Shown here: one piece after another, positions 19,704 to 25,482 of the stretch
Numbering within the stretch: position 1 is the first letter of the stretch
Layout: every line of letters starts with the position of its first letter
DNA from: Promethearchaeota archaeon
GTDB lineage: Archaea > Asgardarchaeota > Lokiarchaeia > Sigyniarchaeales > SOKP01
Length of the DNA: 25,482 nucleotides
Reading direction: 5' to 3'
NCBI GenBank assembly: GCA_029838195.1
Contig: JALGVJ010000045.1
Location: 1-25,482, forward strand
Program-made: the position numbers and the translations under genes
The notes under the pieces: generated by a model
What the model saw: the letters and a program-made list of their open reading frames with translations, nothing else
Databases searched by the model: none
What the model was told of the DNA's origin: nothing

Positions 19704-19933
19704 TCAATACGTTAATCTTTATCAAGCCATTCTTTCCTTATTAAAATTTCTATAATTTCTTGAATAATAAAAATATTAAGGAATAAGAAAATGCAAATTC
19801 TTGCTTTTTTTTTAGAATGGGTTTTAACCTAATTGTACATGAAAAAAATAAGTTTTTAATAAAGTATTTACACTCTATTACTTAATCACTTAAGTTCCAA
19901 TATTTTATTAAAAATTGAAAAAGAGTATTAATC

Positions 19934-21349
19934 ATGAATGAAAAATTAGAAAAAATTCCTGTACCCTCAACTCTCAATACTATTTCTTATGGATTCAATA
20001 CGTTCTTTAGCCAGTTCATTTACATGGTGTTTGGCACTTATGTCTTTTTCTTCTATGAAGTTGTGGTCGGTCTTGGGAGTCTTTATGTCATGTTCGCTAT
20101 GATAATTTACACGATTTGGGATAGCATTAATGATCCTCTTATTGGATTCCTAACGGATCGCACGTTTCCATTTACTCGCAAAACCGGTAAGCGTTTTCCT
20201 TGGATCGTAGCGGGCATCATTCCTGCGAGTTTTGTTTTCATTCTTCTCTTTAATCCTCCAACCATAGATCCCTCCGTGAATCCTTGGCCCACTTTCGGCT
20301 GGATCGTCTTTAGCACGTGTCTATTTGATTCCCTCACCTCACTCTGCTTTGTTAACGTGAGCGGCTTGTTTCCCGATAAATTTCAAACCGATGAGGCACG
20401 AAGAAAAGCTCAAGGGATTCAGATCTCGTTGGGAATGATTGCCATGCCCATAAGCTTCACCATCCCTCCTTTATTCATTAAATTCGGAGAAAGATCAACG
20501 TATTTAAACATGGCAATCGCTTGTGCCCTTCTCTTATTCGTGGTTGCTCTGTTCACTCTACCGGGCATGAGAGAAAATGAGGTTATCATTGAACGGTATT
20601 ATGTAAGTAAGGAAAAATCTGAAGGGTTTATCTCCGCTTTAAAATCTTCTTTAAAACAATCAAACTTCCTTGGATACATCGCCATTTCCTTTGGATTCCA
20701 AGTAGTCACGCAGAGCCTCACGGGCTCCATAGCATATTCGGTAAATTTCATTCTGCGCTCCAGTGAGTACTTTTTAATTGTATTATTTGCTTCCTTTTTA
20801 ACCGGCGGCATCATTTCCATCCCCTTCTGGCTTGCCCTGGCCAAGCGCCTTAAAAATAATAGAAAATCCATCATTATAGGTGCTATTAGCTTGATTATTG
20901 CTACTTTCATCATTACTTTTCATTATGACGAATTATCTTCAATTATCTTCAATTTCATTCTTGGATTTGCAATGGGAAATCTCTGGACGCTTCTTGGCTT
21001 GATATTTGCCGATGTCATGGATGAAAGAATGGTAATTACTAAAAAAGATCAAAGAGGAGCGACAGTAGGAGTGGGGACTTTTTTCAGTCGGTTAGCCCGC
21101 GGGGTTCAGGTTGCAACCTTCGCTATCGTCCATCAGCTAACGGGGTTCATTGAAGGCGCCACTAGTTATGAAGAGTTAGCTGCGTTGAGTCCCACTCCAG
21201 AGCTTGCTTTGCTAGGAATTAGGCTTCACATGGGAGTAATTCCTTGCATCATTTTATCTATTTGTACATTGATTTTTTGGAAAATATATGATCTCACGCC
21301 TGAGAAGAGTTCAGAAATTAAAATGAAAATGAAAGAGATAGGATTTTAA
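19934..21349 (+). CDS. MFS transporter, GPH/MelB-like family (paralog of 10848..12242)
   Basis: WDSINDPLIG, GKRFPW, ADVMDE, ALLGIRLH; about 12 TM segments. Confidence 0.9.
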   Translation: MNEKLEKIPVPSTLNTISYGFNTFFSQFIYMVFGTYVFFFYEVVVGLGSLYVMFAMIIYTIWDSINDPLIGFLTDRTFPFTRKTGKRFPWIVAGIIPASFVFILLFNPPTIDPSVNPWPTFGWIVFSTCLFDSLTSLCFVNVSGLFPDKFQTDEARRKAQGIQISLGMIAMPISFTIPPLFIKFGERSTYLNMAIACALLLFVVALFTLPGMRENEVIIERYYVSKEKSEGFISALKSSLKQSNFLGYIAISFGFQVVTQSLTGSIAYSVNFILRSSEYFLIVLFASFLTGGIISIPFWLALAKRLKNNRKSIIIGAISLIIATFIITFHYDELSSIIFNFILGFAMGNLWTLLGLIFADVMDERMVITKKDQRGATVGVGTFFSRLARGVQVATFAIVHQLTGFIEGATSYEELAALSPTPELALLGIRLHMGVIPCIILSICTLIFWKIYDLTPEKSSEIKMKMKEIGF

Positions 21350-21371
21350 ATCTTTCTCTATTTTTTTTATA

Positions 21372-21708
21372 AGGTAGCAAATTAATCTCAGTTACCACGC
21401 TCCAGCTTTAAGATTGGCGACAAAACCACCAAAAAGTTGAAAAATCATGACGAGCCATTATATATTAATGAATCGAAAAATTGTGAACGGGACGAGCCGG
21501 CATCAGATATAATCTTCCAATATCCTGAAGAAGTAATAAGACAGCTAAGAAAGCAATTAAGCGCTACCATGCGGGAAATAAGCGCTATTGGTCGGGCAAG
21601 AAGCAAGCAATACAGGGAATTTGACGTGGATGTGAACAAGCATGCTCGACAAAAAACAAAAAAAGGCGAGGGCGCAATTTAGTCGGAGGTGAGATTAATT
21701 TGCTACCT
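21372..21708. mobile_element. 337-bp element bounded by a perfect 19-bp terminal inverted repeat (putative MITE/internally deleted IS; a structured ncRNA is not excluded)
   Basis: AGGTAGCAAATTAATCTCA (21372-21390) and its exact reverse complement TGAGATTAATTTGCTACCT (21690-21708). The interior is visibly more GC-rich than neighbouring intergenic DNA, and T-runs flank both sides. Confidence 0.6.
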
Positions 21709-22004
21709 CATTTTTTTTTTCTCTTCCATTTTACCTTTAAGTATATTAAATCGTTTTTTGAATAGTTGATTAGATAAAAAAAGTTTTAAGATTTTCTTGA
21801 TTTTAATGGATCTTTCGCAAGCGTCATGGATATTTATTTTGATAATGGATAAATGGTAAATGGATGAGAGGGATTGAAAATCAAGCGGAGAGGAATTGAA
21901 ATTACTACTTAATGAAGTAAAACATTCATTTTTTATTCCTCACTTTTTTATCTTATTTCGAAGTATTTGATCCTTTACTTATTCAAGGGCCTCCATTTGG
22001 GAGG

Positions 22005-22802
22005 TTAAAACGTGTCAAGAATTTTCCATTCTGCTAAATGGATGATCTCCTCAACGCAATCTTTAATGAATTGCACTCTTTTATTCCATTCATCAAATGA
22101 TTGAAATCTTTTAAGCCATTGTTCATGACCTTGTTTTATAATTTCCGGTTGATATTGATCGGGTGTCTCCCATTCGAGGCCTTCTACTTCCACGTATTTG
22201 GGAGTCGAACTTTTTTTCCATAGGTAAATTGGCCATGTGTAATAAATGCCCGATGGAGAATGATGAGTGATTTGGAGCAATTCTTTTGCTAACGAAGGGG
22301 TCATGAGGAAACAAACGGATACCATATCAATGCTTTTTTCTTTGAAGCCTATCACGGCGGAACATAAATCATTAATAATTTGTTCAGTTGCTCTTTGAGT
22401 GTTGGGATGGGTATTAAACGCGCGTGGCGTTCTCGCAAGATGAACGAAATCAAATTGAGAAGATTGGTGGAGAACATTGAGTAATTCATTCGGGTAATGC
22501 GTGATCCAGTGAACCACGCGATCAAAATCGATGGATAATAGTTTAGTATCAGAGGAGTATTGTTCATATTCTAGGGCAAACTTCAATGAGGTATTATAAG
22601 TATCTACTTGAGTTAAATTTGGGCTAATTTGAGCCGTTATATTATTTTTCTTCAAGAATTCCACCGCATTAGAAGAAGTTAGAGGGGTATAGCAAATAAA
22701 AATTTTTTTAAAATGAGTTTTGAGAAAAGGGAGGGATTGTTTTATCACTTCCTCTAATCGAAATAGGGGATCATGATAGGTTGAGACTAATATGAATGGC
22801 AT
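22005..22802 (-). CDS. Conserved hypothetical protein, possible GT-A-fold glycosyltransferase-like
   Basis: 265-aa ORF with an N-terminal beta-strand followed by YHDP, a DxD-like DFDR after a beta-strand, AFNTHP..Q..TE and EGLEWETPD. Confidence 0.6.
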   Translation of the reverse strand: MPFILVSTYHDPLFRLEEVIKQSLPFLKTHFKKIFICYTPLTSSNAVEFLKKNNITAQISPNLTQVDTYNTSLKFALEYEQYSSDTKLLSIDFDRVVHWITHYPNELLNVLHQSSQFDFVHLARTPRAFNTHPNTQRATEQIINDLCSAVIGFKEKSIDMVSVCFLMTPSLAKELLQITHHSPSGIYYTWPIYLWKKSSTPKYVEVEGLEWETPDQYQPEIIKQGHEQWLKRFQSFDEWNKRVQFIKDCVEEIIHLAEWKILDTF

Positions 22803-22841
22803 GAGGATCGAATATATTCGAAATTAAAAAATTGAACTTGA

Positions 22842-23138
22842 TTATCGAGTATAATCGGGTCTAGAGCCCATGAGAGTGGTTGTTTCTTCGATCCAAGCGT
22901 TCAGATCGGAGTTTACCCTACAATACGTGACAATTTTATCGAGATCCTGAAGTTTGGTGAAGGAGCATTCTACAATCACATCCCAAGGTCCGTAGATTGG
23001 AGTTACATATTCAATTTTCCAATCATCTTCGGGTTCGGAGGATTTCAGCCCCCGCAATTTTTCTACGATGTCCCATTCTTTTCCAATTTGCTTGAGGCGC
23101 ATTAGAATATATCCTTTATAATACATTTTTTCAGTCAT
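22842..23138 (-). CDS. Stand-alone Lrp/AsnC ligand-binding (RAM) domain protein
   Basis: KGYILM...YGPWDVIVE...IEETTTL pattern, 98 aa, no HTH. Confidence 0.78.
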   Translation of the reverse strand: MTEKMYYKGYILMRLKQIGKEWDIVEKLRGLKSSEPEDDWKIEYVTPIYGPWDVIVECSFTKLQDLDKIVTYCRVNSDLNAWIEETTTLMGSRPDYTR

Positions 23139-23261
23139 TTACATTTTCATTTAAAAATTTTATTTCAAGATTAAAAATTCTTAATTCAATATTAATTATT
23201 TTAAATATCTTACTTATTTAACTATAACGATTTATCATGTCATGTTAATTTAGGGAGGATA

Positions 23262-25031
23262 ATGGACAAGGAACTTGAAAAAGAGGTTAAAAATTTATTC
23301 TGGATAGAAGGGTTAAAAAACGCTATTCATTATGGAGGAAGTCCTGATAAAAAAGCTGTCATGGGTAAGATTATGGGGCAGAGAAAGGATTTAAGAGCTC
23401 ATGTTAAGGAGATTTTACCTTTATTAGAGGAAATACTTAATCAAATACGCGAATTATCGCTCGAAGAGCAAAAACAACGCCTATTATCTTTAGAACCATC
23501 AGCACTTGAGGAGAAGAAAAAAGTTGAGGAAAAAAAGGAATTACCTCCTTTACCGAACGTGGAAAAGAAAGGAAAGGTCATCATGAGATTGGCCCCATAT
23601 CCCAGTGGAGCCCTACATATTGGAAATGCTCGAATGATCATTCTTAATGATGAGTACGTGAAGCGCTATGGTGGCGAATTAATTCTTTTTTATGATGATA
23701 CCATAGGAAGTCCCAAGGCTTTGAGAGACAGTCCAAAGGCAAAATACGTGCTTCTGGAGGCCTATGACTTAATAAGAGAGGGATTAGAATGGTTAGGTGT
23801 AAACTATTCTCGAGAGTATTTTAAAAGTGATAGAATGAGTCTCTATTATGATTATTGTGAAAAGTTAATAAAAGATGGGATGGCTTATGTTTGTTTTTGT
23901 TCTGCTCAAGATTTCAAGGTAAAATATAAAGATAAAAAGAAAAATTGTCCGCACCGTAATCATTCCAGAGAGAAAAATCTTGAAGAATGGAACGCCATGC
24001 TCGAGGGTACATATGGAGAAATGGAAGCTGTAGTGCGCTTGAAAACGGAAATGACCCAAAAAGATCCTGCCTTAAGAGATCAAATTATTATGAGAATTTC
24101 AGAAGCAGAACATCCGAGAGTTGGGACTAAATATCGAGTTTGGCCCATGCTTGAATTTTCTTGGGCAATAGACGATCATGAGCTTGGAATTACTCACATT
24201 CTTAGAGGGGCAGATTTAATAAAAGAAGATTTCATTGAAAATTTTATTTGGGATCATTTTCAATGGGAAAAAGCCGAATTCCTCCATTATGGGAGGATAA
24301 ACTTTCAAGATATCAAATTAAGCAAGACCGAAGCAAGAAATAACATTCAAAAAGGCATTTATGAAGGTTGGGACGATCCACGAACCTGGTCGCTTCAATC
24401 CCTTAAAAAAAGGGGCATTCGACCCGAAGCTTTAAGAAACGCATTATTAGATTTGGGTATGTCTATGACGGGCATCACGTTTTCCGTGAATTGGCTTTAT
24501 GCAAAGAATCAAGATATCATTGATGAAATTTCTGATAGATATTTTTACGTGGAGGAGCCCGTTCTTTTAGAAATTAATAACGTTCCATTCAAGAAAATTA
24601 TTGCAAAGCCTCTATTATTACCCACTAAGCCGGAAAAAGGGCATCGAGAAATAGAGGTTTTAAGTAAGGATGACCAATTAAATGTATATATAGCATTTGC
24701 CGATGCTAATCGCTTGACTCCAAATACGGTCATTCGCTTGAAAGATTTAATGAATATTGAAATAAAAAACGTGGAATTGAACAATAAAAAGATTTCAGCA
24801 ACATTTCATAGCAAGGAATTAAAGCGTGAATATCTCATCATCCAATGGGTTCCTCAAAATAAAAATATTTCAGTAGAAATATTAAAAGTCGATGGTACGA
24901 TTAAAAAAGGACTCGGTGAAATTAATTTGAAAACCATTCCCCTAAATAAGACAATTCAATTTGAACGATATGGTTTTGTGAATCCCGTTGAGTGGAAAAA
25001 TTCCATTCTCTTTTGTTATTTTACTCATTAA
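23262..25031 (+). CDS. gltX: Glutamate--tRNA ligase (archaeal type)
   Basis: Archaeal N-terminal extension (NAIHYGG), RLAPYPSGALHIGNAR (HIGH), THILRG, LSKT, GWDDPR, QFERYGF. Confidence 0.96.
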   Translation: MDKELEKEVKNLFWIEGLKNAIHYGGSPDKKAVMGKIMGQRKDLRAHVKEILPLLEEILNQIRELSLEEQKQRLLSLEPSALEEKKKVEEKKELPPLPNVEKKGKVIMRLAPYPSGALHIGNARMIILNDEYVKRYGGELILFYDDTIGSPKALRDSPKAKYVLLEAYDLIREGLEWLGVNYSREYFKSDRMSLYYDYCEKLIKDGMAYVCFCSAQDFKVKYKDKKKNCPHRNHSREKNLEEWNAMLEGTYGEMEAVVRLKTEMTQKDPALRDQIIMRISEAEHPRVGTKYRVWPMLEFSWAIDDHELGITHILRGADLIKEDFIENFIWDHFQWEKAEFLHYGRINFQDIKLSKTEARNNIQKGIYEGWDDPRTWSLQSLKKRGIRPEALRNALLDLGMSMTGITFSVNWLYAKNQDIIDEISDRYFYVEEPVLLEINNVPFKKIIAKPLLLPTKPEKGHREIEVLSKDDQLNVYIAFADANRLTPNTVIRLKDLMNIEIKNVELNNKKISATFHSKELKREYLIIQWVPQNKNISVEILKVDGTIKKGLGEINLKTIPLNKTIQFERYGFVNPVEWKNSILFCYFTH

Positions 25032-25172
25032 CACATCTAAGTTCTTCAAATTTGCTTTTTAATTTGAACAAGAAAATTTATCTTTCACTCTAAAAATCAA
25101 AAAAAAAAGATCAATTAAAACTTTTTAATGGGTAAAAGAATTTAATAATAGCTTAAAAAAAATTACCTTTTT

Positions 25173-25424
25173 TCATTCTTTGTTACTTTTATTATTTATT
25201 ATATGAGATTTTATCCAAAAGAAAAAAATAAAGAATAAAAATAGGTCACCAATTAAGATTAAAAGGAAATATAATATTTTATAATTTCGGACTAACATTA
25301 TTAAAAGAATATTATCTGGGGTAATGAAATAATAAATATAACTAATACCTTGTCTAATTGTAAATAAAAAGATAAAAAATAGGAAAAAAGTCTCAATATT
25401 AATCGTTAAAAATAATTTCTTCAC
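25173..25424 (-). CDS. Possible small hydrophobic membrane protein
   Basis: 83-aa ORF with two to three hydrophobic stretches. GTG start and extreme AT content, so it may be spurious. Confidence 0.3.
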   Translation of the reverse strand: MKKLFLTINIETFFLFFIFLFTIRQGISYIYYFITPDNILLIMLVRNYKILYFLLILIGDLFLFFIFFFWIKSHIINNKSNKE

Positions 25425-25482
25425 GTGTATAATTTCAAGGTTTTTATTTTTTAAGCTCTCGATTAGAGAAAAAATAAATGTA

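Noticed and set aside
21372-21708. SRP (7S) RNA or RNase P RNA identity for the IR-bounded element (right size, paired ends)
   Set aside because: There is no GAGGAAAGUCC / AACAGAA..GGCUUA P4 core. GGTCGGGCAAGAAGCAAGCAA only superficially resembles SRP helix 8 (no CAGG-stem-GNRA-stem-AGCA), and no Alu UGUAA motif is present.
21372-21708. Retron msr-msd (a1/a2 repeats) or DGR template repeat
   Set aside because: No reverse transcriptase is in the window, and no adenine-variant second copy of the sequence was seen.
21805-21870. Five AATGG/ATGGA words in about 65 bp
   Set aside because: The spacing is irregular and the unit very short, consistent with low-complexity sequence.
1325-24784. Short antisense or nested ORFs in the track (e.g. 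1467-1706, 4464-4775, 8861-9654, 15862-16194, 16551-17263, 20107-20913, 23441-24784)
   Set aside because: They are shadows of well-supported genes on the opposite strand or in another frame, with no recognisable motifs.
1-25482. Selenoprotein (in-frame TGA plus SECIS), CRISPR array, or integrase/att site at the tRNAs
   Set aside because: Redox proteins here use Cys codons and appear complete. No regularly spaced repeats were seen, and there is no integrase or duplicated tRNA 3' end beyond the two complete genes.

Overview
AT-rich archaeal chromosomal segment. The archaeal-type GluRS and Prx, CCA-less tRNAs with a BHB-like intron, paralogous GPH/MFS transporters and a Loki-CTERM-like exported protein suggest Asgard archaea (Lokiarchaeia-like); this assignment is inference. 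The window holds about 21 mostly metabolic CDSs: SDR epimerase with an atypical ALDH, amidase, a divergent PerR/peroxiredoxin pair, sugar-1-P nucleotidyltransferase, B12 radical SAM, two GPH transporters, two HADs, Fe-ADH, Eda, an ADP-ribosylglycohydrolase-family protein, an Lrp ligand-binding domain and GltX. It also holds two tandem tRNA-Arg genes on the minus strand. The features the ORF track does not explain are: (i) a 337-bp element at 21372-21708, bounded by a perfect 19-bp inverted repeat, internally hairpin-rich and filled by one open frame (MITE/deleted IS or a novel structured RNA); (ii) a tRNA-Arg(GCG) whose 27-nt intron fits best at the non-canonical 39/40 position; (iii) several candidate structured leaders and small RNAs in intergenic DNA.
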